Positions 1-8,913 of a DNA stretch of 64,000 nucleotides are shown piece by piece. This stretch comes from Bacteroidales bacterium (GTDB lineage Bacteria > Bacteroidota > Bacteroidia > Bacteroidales > BM520): NCBI GenBank assembly GCA_016285515.1, contig JAEEQW010000009.1, positions 5,561 through 69,560 of the forward strand, written 5' to 3'. The first letter of the stretch is position 1; the number at the start of each line of letters is the position of its first letter. A program made the translations under genes and the position numbers. The notes beneath the pieces are model-generated. The model searched no databases. It was not told where the DNA came from and saw only the letters and a program-made list of their open reading frames with translations.

Positions 1-1
1 T

Positions 2-310
2 CTTGACACAATAGGTATGGTTAGTGTACTCGACACAATCTTCAAGAACCGCACTGATTTCAATCCTGACAATATGAAATATATTCCTCACTCAGGAGGT
101 CAGATATTCAAACTTGAAGCAGGTCATGTTGAGAAGAGTAAAATTCAAATACCAGTATTCCAATGCTCTGCTCTCAATACACAGATCCTTCTCGGTATGG
201 ATGAACAGTCCATTATTAACGAAGACGCAAAACTGACAGTCAATGACAAGTTCCCAGGACTGATGGTTGGCTCAATGGAAGAACCTTCAACTGATGGAAA
301 CTGGGAATAA
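2..310 (+). CDS. 3' end of an unidentified protein (ORF open to the window edge)
   Basis: Frame is open from nt 2 (LDTIG precedes the ATG at 17). Stop TAA at 308-310. Overlaps the next gene start by 17 nt. No family recognised by eye. Confidence 0.4.
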   Translation, partial: LDTIGMVSVLDTIFKNRTDFNPDNMKYIPHSGGQIFKLEAGHVEKSKIQIPVFQCSALNTQILLGMDEQSIINEDAKLTVNDKFPGLMVGSMEEPSTDGNWE

Positions 311-1028
311 TTTGCCTTTCAGCAAACCATATTCCGAATGTAAAATATCCGTCTTTTTTTCAAAAGACGGATATTCTTTTATTGTGTCGGATCTGAATGA
401 CGGCTCCACTCTTTATGAGAGTCAGTATATTGCCTTCAAAAAGAATTCTTCCTATCAGCTTTCTTTTGAGGAGTCGCTGATGTCATATCCTTATCTTAGA
501 AATGAATTCGGTGATGAGGAACTGATACTCAACGTTGAGAGATACACTTTTGTTCCAAGCGAGTTTTTCTCCGTTGATATGGTCAACAAATATTATACGT
601 TCAATCTCGGTGAACCTGACAGCAAGGAGGGGGTGTTCTACTCTTTGGTCGATTCTCTCCAGATGTACGTCATATTCGCTTACGACAAAGCTTTTATCGA
701 CCTTTTGGAAAATATCTTTCCTCAGGCTCAGTTTACGCCAGGAATATCGTTGCTCATCGACAGGTGCGATGAAAAAGGCAGGGAGTTGATGAATGCTGTT
801 TTTGCAAGGATAAAGAAAAATGTCCTTGAGGTGGTTGTCTATAAATCAACAAAATTCGCAATGGCAAACACTTTCCGTTTCGTCAATGTGAAAGATGCCG
901 AATATTTTCTTTTGAGAGCATATTATAATTTCGGATTCGACAATTCCATAGTCCCTGTTTATCTTGAATCTGACATGGAACTTCCTGATATTGGGGATTT
1001 TGTAAAAACGATTAATTTTGAAAGATGA
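294..1028 (+). CDS. DUF3822-like protein
   Basis: ATG at 294 (the track start at 267 is a TTG). The N-terminal ISVFFSKDGYSFIVSD motif and ~245 aa size resemble Bacteroidota DUF3822 proteins, which usually sit directly upstream of rsmD. Its stop overlaps the rsmD start (ATGA at 1025-1028). Confidence 0.6.
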   Translation: METGNNLPFSKPYSECKISVFFSKDGYSFIVSDLNDGSTLYESQYIAFKKNSSYQLSFEESLMSYPYLRNEFGDEELILNVERYTFVPSEFFSVDMVNKYYTFNLGEPDSKEGVFYSLVDSLQMYVIFAYDKAFIDLLENIFPQAQFTPGISLLIDRCDEKGRELMNAVFARIKKNVLEVVVYKSTKFAMANTFRFVNVKDAEYFLLRAYYNFGFDNSIVPVYLESDMELPDIGDFVKTINFER

Positions 1029-1558
1029 GAATTATAAGCGGTTATTATAGAGGTCGCCGGATTCTGCCGCCGACCAATTTGCCTGTGAGACCGACTACCG
1101 ATATGGCAAAAGAGGCACTGTTCAATATACTTACCAACACTGTTGATTATGAGTCAACGAGAGCGTTGGACTTGTTCGCGGGGGTGGGTAACATTTCGTT
1201 TGAACTGATTTCGCGAGGCTGTCCGTATGTTCTGGCAATTGACCATAATTTGGACTGCATAAAATTCATCAAGGAGACTGCCAAAAAATTTGATATGTCA
1301 GGACTTCTGGCAATGAAGGCAGATGTTTTCAAGTTTCTTGACCAGAGCAAGGCAAAATTCGATTTGATTTTTGCGGATCCGCCATACGACAATCCTGACA
1401 TTTCAAAGATACCAGGTCTGGTGTTTGAGAAGGGACTTCTTAACGAAGGCGGTATCTTCATCCTTGAGCATCCCAAGGAATGCCATTTTGAGGCTGACCC
1501 GCTTTGTTATGATCATAGGGTTTATTCAAGGGTTAATTTTTCCTTTTTCAAGCAATAA
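1025..1558 (+). CDS. rsmD: 16S rRNA (guanine966-N2)-methyltransferase RsmD
   Basis: 177 aa. N-terminal RIISGYYRGRRI, SAM-binding LDLFAGVGNISFE and catalytic DPPY (FADPPYD). Confidence 0.9.
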   Translation: MRIISGYYRGRRILPPTNLPVRPTTDMAKEALFNILTNTVDYESTRALDLFAGVGNISFELISRGCPYVLAIDHNLDCIKFIKETAKKFDMSGLLAMKADVFKFLDQSKAKFDLIFADPPYDNPDISKIPGLVFEKGLLNEGGIFILEHPKECHFEADPLCYDHRVYSRVNFSFFKQ

Positions 1559-1595
1559 ATTGCTGAAAGGGTGGCAAAAAAGCAATTTCAAAGTC

Positions 1596-1800
1596 GGTTA
1601 TGTTAAACCCCTATAGGGGTTGTGTAGGGCTGTCGTACTACGGCAGCCGCTGTAAGCGTTTCGCGCAAACATCGGGTGTCCGATGAAATGCGTTCCTTTA
1701 CCCATCGTTATTCCTGTTTCTTCACGTATCACCATCGCCAGCTCCACTATCCGTATAAACAACCTATTAATTGCGGGCATGGCGAGGGTAGGGATTGTCG
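1596..1800 (-). other. GC-rich hairpin-dense non-coding element, possibly the 5' remnant of an IS4-family (DUF4372-type) transposase gene
   Basis: Convergent intergenic region with four consecutive stem-loops: AACCCC-TATA-GGGGTT, GGCTGCCG-TAGTA-CGACAGCC, GCG-CGAAA-CGC and CATCGG-ACAC-CCGATG. The 60-aa minus ORF contains MGKGTHFIGHPMF, which resembles the M.K.T.F.GQP.F N-terminus of DUF4372/IS4 transposases from memory and then degenerates. Imperfect direct repeats GTAGGGCTGTCGT (1624-1636) and GTAGGGATTGTCGT (1788-1801) are present. Confidence 0.25.
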
Positions 1801-4800
1801 TTAGCTTTCTTTGCTGAAAATTAGATTAATGATGACAACAATATCCAGAGCATTGACAGCTCCGTCTCCGTTTACATCGGCGTTGTCAAAGAAAAATTCT
1901 TCTGGGGTTTCACCGAAGATGTAATTGACAATGATGACGATGTCAAGTGCATTCACCATTCCGTCGCCATTGGCATCACCAGGCACGCCTTCAAAGTTGG
2001 CCACATAACTTGCGTTTTCGGTCACAGTGAAACTGTATGTCGGATTGGTTGAGACGATTGAGCCGTTCTTTGTCCAGTTGATGAAGGTGTAGCCGGTGTT
2101 GGTTGTTGCCGTCAATGTTGCTGTTGTACCGTGATTGTAGGTTCCGCCACCTGTTACAGTTCCACCTTCTGTCGGGTTGGCAGTGGCTGTGATGGTGTAG
2201 TTGTTCAACTCGAAGTTGGCCACATAACTTGCGTTTTCGGTCACGGTGAAACTGTATGTCGGGTTGGTTGAGACGACTGTGCCGTTCTTTGTCCAGTTGA
2301 TGAATGTGTAGCCGGTGTTGGCAGTCGCTGTCAATGTTGCTGTTGCACCATGGTTGTAGGTGCCTGCGCCTGTAACAGTACCGCCTTGTGTCGGGTTGGC
2401 AGTGGCTGTGATGGTGTAGCTGTTCAACTCAAAGTTGGCTACATAATTTGCGTCCTCAGTCACTGTGAAACTGTATGTCGGATTGGTCGAGACGACTGAG
2501 CCGTTCTTTGTCCAGTTGATGAAGGTGTAGCCGGTGTTGGCAGTGGCGGTCAGGGTTGCTGTCGCGCCGTGATTGTAGGTTCCTGCTCCTGTAACAGTAC
2601 CGCCTTGTGTCGGGTTGGCAGTGGCTGTGATGGTGTAGCTGTTCAGGCTAAAGTTGGCAACATAACTTGCGTTTTCGGTCACTGTGAAACTGTATGTAGG
2701 GTTGGTCGAGACAACTGTACCGTTCTTTGTCCAGTTGATGAAGGTGTATCCGGTGTTGGCTGTTGCGGTCAGGGTTGCTGTTGCACCATGGTTGTAGGTT
2801 CCGCCACCTGTAACAATACCACCTGCAGCTGGATTTGCTGACACTGTGACAGTGTGTGTTCCGCCACCACCTATTACAACTGTAGCAGTATTGGATGCTC
2901 CTGACTCTCCGCCATAGAAGTTTGTGGTCGCGTAATAAATATATGAACCGGAGGACAGACCGGAATCTGTGTAAGCTGTGGTTGATATACTGCTTGCTAT
3001 TTTAACACTGTTCCTGTAAATATTATATGTGTAATCACCGCTTTTCACAAATAATTTTATTAGCCATGAATATGTAGCCCCGTCTCCATTATATGTGAAC
3101 CAGCTCGTACCATTATTTGAGGCATAACAAGCTTCCTCACTGTCAGCATATTCGCATAAAACAATCTGATAAATGTTTGACGGTGCCTTAATATAAACCA
3201 TTAATGGTAATGATGGATCGTAGTAAGCCGGCTCGCTGAGGGTTATCTCTTTCCAGCCTTGTGAGGTGACAGCAAAATCAATTGTGCTGCATATACTTGT
3301 TCCTGGAAAATCATCGCCTTGTGTCAGAAACAGTTGATAGCTACCTGTTTGGTAGAAATATACGGATACTTTATAAACAGCCATACCTGCATATTGTTCG
3401 AGCATTGAAACAGGGAATTTCTCTCCGAAATATTGGATTGTGGTTAAATATTGAAGAGTTGTCCCGTAGTTCAACTGACCTTCTCCACCTGTCGGAGCTG
3501 TCCATGAGAGAACGGCGCTTGAACCTGATGCTGAACCTGTAAAATTCTGAGGTACAGGTCCCCAAAAAATGACATCAGCCGAGGCGATGTTTGAACGAAC
3601 AGATGTTCCGCTTGAATTCACGGCTTTCACAAAATAATAATGACTGCCATAACTGACGTCAGAATCAGTATAATCCAGGTCGGTTACATTTGAAGCAATA
3701 AGCACATTGTCTCTGTAAACCTTATATGACGTGGCAGCGCTGACACCTGTCCAGGATAATGACACTTCCTTTCCATTGACTTCTGCCATCAGGTTGGTCG
3801 GAGCATCTATGATTTCTGAAACAGGCTCAATTAAAATCGCAGCATTGTCTGAATTAAACGGATAGTTGTTCGGATTAAGATTGCCTATGGCAAAATATCC
3901 GTTGGCATTGCCACTCCATCCCCAGTTGAAATGGAATTTGTTGTCTGAATCATAACCATCGCATACAAATGCATGACCGCCGTAAATTCCTGAGCCACAG
4001 TAATAAATCGGACGATACGCATCAAGTTCGCTTTTTAGTAAAGAAATCCATGCAGAATTGCTATAATTGCTTTTATATAAGATATTGCTTGCGTTGTAGC
4101 CGAAATAAGACTCTATTGCATAAGGAACATCTTCTGAATATGCACTACTTGCCTCAGTGCCGTAAATCATATTTACTGAGACACCACAATGAAACATCAG
4201 TGTTGCCACTGCAAGTTGTTCGGCATACGGGCTGGCAACAGTAACAGTTCCATGCATGTTGTCCCAATCGTATGTGGTGTTGCCAAAATTGGCTGATAAT
4301 GTACCGTATGTCGGGTGGATATAGGAATGTGAACCTGTACCGTGAACCGGATGTTCCCAGTATTTCATAATCTGTGCCATTGCCGTTGCAACACAACCGG
4401 TTAAAGTTCCAGACGGACATAGATTGTTGTAAGGTGCATGTTGGTCCCATTTGGTTGATAATAATTCTGGAATCACAACATTTTTCTGCTGCGGAAGATT
4501 GCCTTCCAACATTTCCTGCCATTGCCGCACTATCTCTTCTGATGGGTCAGCCTGCTCGTCAATTATTGCCTGGATAGCTTGCTCATAACCGCTTAACCAG
4601 TATGCAAGATTTTCAGGAATGCTTTCTGATTCAAAGGTCCCCTCTGTGGAATATGCAAGAATAGGAATAGTTCTGTCGTCAGCTGAAACAATTACAAACC
4701 CTTCATCATTTTTAAAGATGTAGAAATTGTTGTAAAGCGGTTGCTTTGAATAATCAAGCAGTAATTCCAGTGAATAACCGCCTTTGCCGATGAGGCTTTC

Positions 4801-4932
4801 ATAAAAGTTGTTCGCAACTTTCTGGGCATCATTTTGTCCGACATGTTTGCCAAAGCTAATGAAACACAATGTCATTAGAATAACTGACAATGACAATTTT
4901 TGGACTAATCCTGAATTCGTATATCTTCTCAT
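1801..4932 (-). CDS. Secreted multidomain C10-family (streptopain/SpeB-like) cysteine peptidase with FN3-like modules, four InlB-B/Listeria-Bacteroides-type repeats and a C-terminal dockerin
   Basis: Signal peptide and an N-terminal Spi-inhibitor-like propeptide (AQKVANNFY...FYIFKNDEGFVIVSADD). Catalytic Cys in GCVATAMAQIMKYW (C180), catalytic His in GGHAFVCDGYD (H320), followed by NWGWSG. FN3-like segment at aa ~376-455. 4 x 73-aa repeats at aa 693-981. Paired EF-hand dockerin loops DANGDGMVNALD and DVNGDGAVNALD at the C-terminus. Confidence 0.85.
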   Translation of the reverse strand: MRRYTNSGLVQKLSLSVILMTLCFISFGKHVGQNDAQKVANNFYESLIGKGGYSLELLLDYSKQPLYNNFYIFKNDEGFVIVSADDRTIPILAYSTEGTFESESIPENLAYWLSGYEQAIQAIIDEQADPSEEIVRQWQEMLEGNLPQQKNVVIPELLSTKWDQHAPYNNLCPSGTLTGCVATAMAQIMKYWEHPVHGTGSHSYIHPTYGTLSANFGNTTYDWDNMHGTVTVASPYAEQLAVATLMFHCGVSVNMIYGTEASSAYSEDVPYAIESYFGYNASNILYKSNYSNSAWISLLKSELDAYRPIYYCGSGIYGGHAFVCDGYDSDNKFHFNWGWSGNANGYFAIGNLNPNNYPFNSDNAAILIEPVSEIIDAPTNLMAEVNGKEVSLSWTGVSAATSYKVYRDNVLIASNVTDLDYTDSDVSYGSHYYFVKAVNSSGTSVRSNIASADVIFWGPVPQNFTGSASGSSAVLSWTAPTGGEGQLNYGTTLQYLTTIQYFGEKFPVSMLEQYAGMAVYKVSVYFYQTGSYQLFLTQGDDFPGTSICSTIDFAVTSQGWKEITLSEPAYYDPSLPLMVYIKAPSNIYQIVLCEYADSEEACYASNNGTSWFTYNGDGATYSWLIKLFVKSGDYTYNIYRNSVKIASSISTTAYTDSGLSSGSYIYYATTNFYGGESGASNTATVVIGGGGTHTVTVSANPAAGGIVTGGGTYNHGATATLTATANTGYTFINWTKNGTVVSTNPTYSFTVTENASYVANFSLNSYTITATANPTQGGTVTGAGTYNHGATATLTATANTGYTFINWTKNGSVVSTNPTYSFTVTEDANYVANFELNSYTITATANPTQGGTVTGAGTYNHGATATLTATANTGYTFINWTKNGTVVSTNPTYSFTVTENASYVANFELNNYTITATANPTEGGTVTGGGTYNHGTTATLTATTNTGYTFINWTKNGSIVSTNPTYSFTVTENASYVANFEGVPGDANGDGMVNALDIVIIVNYIFGETPEEFFFDNADVNGDGAVNALDIVVIINLIFSKES
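1816..1980 (-). other. Type-I-like dockerin module (C-terminus of the C10 peptidase)
   Basis: Two 12-residue Ca-binding loops matching DxNxDGxxxxxD, each followed by an (I/V)xxIxNxIF helix and separated by ~20 aa. Confidence 0.75.
1990..2856 (-). repeat. Four tandem, near-identical, in-frame 219-bp (73-aa) repeats inside the C10 peptidase gene
   Basis: Repeated unit YTITATANPTQGGTVTGAGTYNHGATATLTATANTGYTFINWTKNGxVVSTNPTYSFTVTExAxYVANFELNS. The DNA copies differ at only a few positions and the segment is noticeably more GC-rich than its surroundings. Confidence 0.9.
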
Positions 4933-4947
4933 GATTCTTTTGAAAAA

Positions 4948-6162
4948 TTAATCTATAACCTTACCTTGTCCGTCAATAGTGACGACAAAAGGATATTCTC
5001 TGATATTAAGCTCTTTATGAAGCTGATATGTATTGACTGCGTGAAATTTGGCTTTCCTGTGACTCTCCGCATCATCACTTATTTCAATAGGTATCAGTGT
5101 CAGATGATGACGATGCAGATATGTGTTGTTTTCAAGGGTGTCAAGTGCGTACAGATTCTGACTTATGCAGCTTTTATAGAAAAACAGGTACTTTGCATTG
5201 TTGTCAATCGATTGAATATCAACCAGATTACCGTCTTTGTCGCTTATTTCTATGTCTGGGAAAACTGTGCCTGCAGCGAGCAACATTTCAGAATTGAGCA
5301 GATTGTTACAGATGTTTCTGACATCGGGTGAACTGGCTGCATCGGCAGCTTTTTTCAATATTGCTACTGCATAGTCATGGCTGTATATTCCTGCACTGAT
5401 TTGAGATGCTATGTTAATAATTGAAACAAGCTCAATAAGTTCCACGTTCTTTGTGTCTTTGGCTGTAGGTGAGAAACCGGTCTTTTCTGCAAATTCCATC
5501 AGGAACTCCATGTACATCGGATTTCGCATTTCAATATTGTTATCGAATATGTATGTGTCGGCGAGTGCTTGTTTGGATTTTGACAGAAATGACAGTTCGG
5601 TGAGTGCAAAACTGTATCTTATGTATGTTTCGAGAAATGGGTTGTGATATTTTTTGATTCCATTCAATACGCTGGTTTTGAAGTTGTTGTGTATGGCATG
5701 ATTTCCCCTTATGATGCTGCCTGAATTGGCATACAGGAAATCGTCATACGACCCGTTGAAATCCGATATTGTCTGGTTTATATCGTCAATATCCGAGGAT
5801 GTGATGTCAACATTAAGATACTGTATATTGGTGAATGGATTCTGAGTCGGATCAGATTCCGGCACCGTAACGAATATGTCGTATATGACATCGGGTGACA
5901 GATAAATTGTGCTCTTTGCAAAATTTACGTATAGAGTGTATTCTTCAGTTTCCTTTTCACTGAAAGTGAAGTTAATGGAATTTGTGACAGGAATGTAATC
6001 CGCGAAAACGACTTCATCTGCATTTGACACATAATCTGATTTCCTTTCGAGTCGGAGATATTTGCCGTAACCGTTTTTGACTGTGCAGTTTACGGTAATA
6101 GTCTGAGCTGAAATACTACCGATAATCAGACATAGTATCAATGTAATTGAAAGGCGTTTCAT
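4948..6162 (-). CDS. Secreted protein with a C-terminal thioredoxin-fold (TlpA/AhpC-TSA-like) domain and a degenerate active site
   Basis: Signal peptide MKRLSITLILCLIIGSISAQ. The C-terminal ~110 aa (GTVFPDIEISDKDGNLVDIQSI...KYLFFYKSCISQN...) aligns by eye with TlpA-like domains, but WCxPC is replaced by SCISQ (second Cys lost). Lies 15 nt upstream of the C10 gene and 4 nt downstream of coaD. Confidence 0.5.
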   Translation of the reverse strand: MKRLSITLILCLIIGSISAQTITVNCTVKNGYGKYLRLERKSDYVSNADEVVFADYIPVTNSINFTFSEKETEEYTLYVNFAKSTIYLSPDVIYDIFVTVPESDPTQNPFTNIQYLNVDITSSDIDDINQTISDFNGSYDDFLYANSGSIIRGNHAIHNNFKTSVLNGIKKYHNPFLETYIRYSFALTELSFLSKSKQALADTYIFDNNIEMRNPMYMEFLMEFAEKTGFSPTAKDTKNVELIELVSIINIASQISAGIYSHDYAVAILKKAADAASSPDVRNICNNLLNSEMLLAAGTVFPDIEISDKDGNLVDIQSIDNNAKYLFFYKSCISQNLYALDTLENNTYLHRHHLTLIPIEISDDAESHRKAKFHAVNTYQLHKELNIREYPFVVTIDGQGKVID

Positions 6163-6166
6163 AAAG

Positions 6167-6631
6167 TTATAATTTTATGTCAAGCTTGGACGGGACGAAC
6201 TGCGACACGTCACCGCCGTTGCTGAGCAGATCTCTGACAATCGATGAATTGAGGGATGAATATTCGTTGGCAGATAGAAGGTAAATGGTTTCTATTTCCG
6301 GATAGAGCTGTTTGTTAACCTGCCCTATAATCCTTTCGAACTCGAAATCGGCAGAGGTGCGTAACCCTCTGATAATGAATTTTGCACCAACATTTCTGCA
6401 TAAATCTACGGTCAGTCCCTTGTAACCTACCACTTCGATGTTTTTGTATTCTTTGAACACCTGCTGAATCCATTTTACACGTTGTTCCAAGGTGAACATA
6501 TATTTTTTGTCGATGTTGACACCTACACCTATATAAAGTTTGTCGAAGAAAGGAAGTGCACGGGTTATAATATCCTGATGTCCTAATGTGATAGGATCGA
6601 AAGAACCAGGAAAAACTGCTATTTTGCTCAT
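6167..6631 (-). CDS. coaD: Phosphopantetheine adenylyltransferase
   Basis: MSKIAVFPGSFDPITLGHQDII (nucleotidyltransferase TxGH motif) and ~155 aa size. The ATG at 6631 is preferred over the upstream start at 6667. Confidence 0.9.
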   Translation of the reverse strand: MSKIAVFPGSFDPITLGHQDIITRALPFFDKLYIGVGVNIDKKYMFTLEQRVKWIQQVFKEYKNIEVVGYKGLTVDLCRNVGAKFIIRGLRTSADFEFERIIGQVNKQLYPEIETIYLLSANEYSSLNSSIVRDLLSNGGDVSQFVPSKLDIKL

Positions 6632-6692
6632 AGTTTTTTTGAATTGTTCAGGTAAATAAAATTTCAAACCACAAATATATTAAATATTTAAT

Positions 6693-6700
6693 TACCTTTG
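6693..6700 (+). promoter_or_regulatory. Bacteroidota -7 promoter box TACCTTTG (TAnnTTTG)
   Basis: Exact match to the TAnnTTTG consensus, 62 nt upstream of the EF-G paralog ATG. Confidence 0.45.
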
Positions 6701-6761
6701 CAACCTGCAAAAAAATCATTTTAATTAATTATAAGACATTGATAATCAAAAGCGTATAACG

Positions 6762-8828
6762 ATGGCTCAGAATATTTCAAAACTTCGGAACATAGGAATA
6801 GCAGCACATATAGATGCTGGAAAGACTACGGTATCGGAAAGAATATTATATTTTACAGGAGTGAACAGAAAGGTGGGAGAGACTCATGACGGTCAGGCCA
6901 CCATGGATTTCATGAAGCAGGAACAGGAGAGGGGTATCACCATTGCATCAGCTGCAATAACGACCCATTGGAAAGATCATCAGATAAATTTGATTGACAC
7001 TCCGGGACACGTTGATTTCACCATAGAAGTGGAGCGTTCCCTTAGGGTAATTGACGGCATGGTTGCTGTGTTCTGTGCTGTTGGCGGAGTCGAGCCACAG
7101 AGTGAGACAGTATGGAATCAGGCTGACAAGTACCGTGTCCCGCGTATTGCCTTTGTCAACAAAATGGATCGTGTGGGTGCCGATTTCAATGAGGTTGTCT
7201 CACAGATGAACAAGTATCTTGGCGCTAACGCTGTTCCAATACAACTGCCTGTCGGTGTGGAGGATAGTTTCCAGGGCATGATTGACCTTGTGAATATGAA
7301 GTCGGTGATGTTTAAGGACAAGGAGAGAATAGTCGGTGACATTCCTGAAGATTTGCGGGAACCGGCTGAGGCTGCAAGACGCTATATGATTGAGAAAATT
7401 GCTGATGTTGACGATGATATCGCGACTCTTTATCTCGAAGATGCTGAAATTTCAGAGGAACAGATTATGACAGCCATCAGAAAGGCCACCATTCATCTGC
7501 TTATGACACCTGTCCTGTGTGGTGCGGCTTATAAGAATAAAGGTATCCAGTTGGTTCTTGATGCCATAGTGAATTATCTGCCTTCTCCTCTTGATATTGG
7601 TGCAGTGATTGCCCACGACCCAAGCAACGAAGAAAAGACTTATCAGCGTAATCCGAGCAATAACGAGACTTTCACGGCACTTGCCTTCAAACTTATTAAT
7701 GACCCGTTTGTCGGACAGCAGACTTTTATCCGTATATTCAGCGGAAAGCTCACCAGCAACATGAGTCTGTATAACTCCAATAAAGGAAAGTATGAGAGGG
7801 CAGGACGAATTTATCGTATTAAAGCCAAGGAACGTGAGGAAATATCGGAGGCTGGTGCAGGTGAAATCGTGGCACTTATAGGTATGAAATATACACGTAC
7901 CGGAGATACGCTGTGTGATGAAAAACAGCCTGTTCTGTTGGAGTCCATCAACGTTCCGCCGGCTGTGATTGAAATGAAGGTCATGCTTGATGACCGCAAG
8001 AATAGGGACAAACTCGGAGAGGCACTTGCAAAATTGTGTAACGAGGACCCGTCATTCCATGCTCATTACGATGATGAAACTGAAGAAACAATAATTGCCG
8101 GTATGGGCGAACTTCATCTTGAAATAATAGTTGACAGGCTGAAGGACGAATTCAAAGTGCCTGTTTCTGTTGGGAAACCGTCTGTTTCCTTCAGGGAAAC
8201 CATCACCTCAGCATTCGAGTGCAATTATAAATATGTGAAGCAGACTGGCGGTAAGGGACAGTACGCACAAACAGTCATCCGTTTCGAACCGAATCCAGGC
8301 AAGGGCTTTGAGTTTGTTGATGTCACGAAGGGTGGCGTGATACCAAAGGAATTTATCCCTTCCGTTGAAAAGGGATTGCGCAAGGCTATGGACAAGGGAC
8401 CACTGGCAGGCTATCCTGTCCTGGATGTCAAATGTGTTCTTGTTGACGGTAGTCATCACCCGGTCGATTCCAGTGACATGGCATTCCAGGTTTGTGCCCA
8501 GATGTGCTTCAAGCAGGCTTTCATGAAGGCTGATCCTATCCTTCTTGAGCCTGTAATGAAAGTTGAAATCAACACTCCTGATGAATACATCGGCAATGTG
8601 ACAGGCGACTTGAACAAGCGTAGAGGCAGGATAGAAGACATGAGACGTTTTAGAAAGGGCTCACAGAAACTTGACTCATTCATTCCGCTTGCTGAGATGT
8701 TTGGCTATGCCACCGCCTTGAGAAACATCACCAGCGGTAGGGCAAACTATTCCATGGAGTTCAGCCAATATTCGCCTATGTCGGCTGCAAGCCAGGAGGA
8801 AATTCTCAAATTAACATCCCATTGTTAA
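6762..8828 (+). CDS. Elongation factor G family translational GTPase (paralog located outside an rpsL-rpsG-fusA context)
   Basis: G1 [10 protein letters not shown]2 RGITI, G3 DTPGH, G4 NKMD. 688 aa with EF-G domains II-V visible (for example the [12 protein letters not shown] motif). Confidence 0.9.
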   Translation: MAQNISKLRNIGIAAHIDAGKTTVSERILYFTGVNRKVGETHDGQATMDFMKQEQERGITIASAAITTHWKDHQINLIDTPGHVDFTIEVERSLRVIDGMVAVFCAVGGVEPQSETVWNQADKYRVPRIAFVNKMDRVGADFNEVVSQMNKYLGANAVPIQLPVGVEDSFQGMIDLVNMKSVMFKDKERIVGDIPEDLREPAEAARRYMIEKIADVDDDIATLYLEDAEISEEQIMTAIRKATIHLLMTPVLCGAAYKNKGIQLVLDAIVNYLPSPLDIGAVIAHDPSNEEKTYQRNPSNNETFTALAFKLINDPFVGQQTFIRIFSGKLTSNMSLYNSNKGKYERAGRIYRIKAKEREEISEAGAGEIVALIGMKYTRTGDTLCDEKQPVLLESINVPPAVIEMKVMLDDRKNRDKLGEALAKLCNEDPSFHAHYDDETEETIIAGMGELHLEIIVDRLKDEFKVPVSVGKPSVSFRETITSAFECNYKYVKQTGGKGQYAQTVIRFEPNPGKGFEFVDVTKGGVIPKEFIPSVEKGLRKAMDKGPLAGYPVLDVKCVLVDGSHHPVDSSDMAFQVCAQMCFKQAFMKADPILLEPVMKVEINTPDEYIGNVTGDLNKRRGRIEDMRRFRKGSQKLDSFIPLAEMFGYATALRNITSGRANYSMEFSQYSPMSAASQEEILKLTSHC

Positions 8829-8871
8829 TATGTCTCCTGAAATAATATGTGATATTAATAATTTTTGCCAT

Positions 8872-8879
8872 TATTTTTG
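8872..8879 (+). promoter_or_regulatory. Bacteroidota -7 promoter box TATTTTTG
   Basis: TAnnTTTG match 35 nt upstream of the ATG at 8914. Confidence 0.45.
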
Positions 8880-8913
8880 CGTTCTAGTATAGAATTGTAT
8901 AAATCAATAAATT

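Noticed and set aside
1816-1980. Calling the locus a cellulosome-like system
   Set aside because: Only dockerin modules are visible. The window contains no cohesin or scaffoldin gene and no glycoside hydrolase with a dockerin, so only a dockerin-partner hypothesis is justified.
1990-2856. Regularly spaced 219-bp repeats considered as a possible CRISPR or non-coding array
   Set aside because: The repeats are contiguous with no spacers, are in frame within a 1043-aa ORF, and encode a recognisable repeat domain.
4154-4522. 122-aa minus-strand ORF in another frame inside the C10 protease gene, plus similar internal ORFs in parC (12068-12373) and murG/ftsW
   Set aside because: These are out-of-frame overlaps with strongly supported genes, and their compositionally odd translations give no evidence for overlapping genes.
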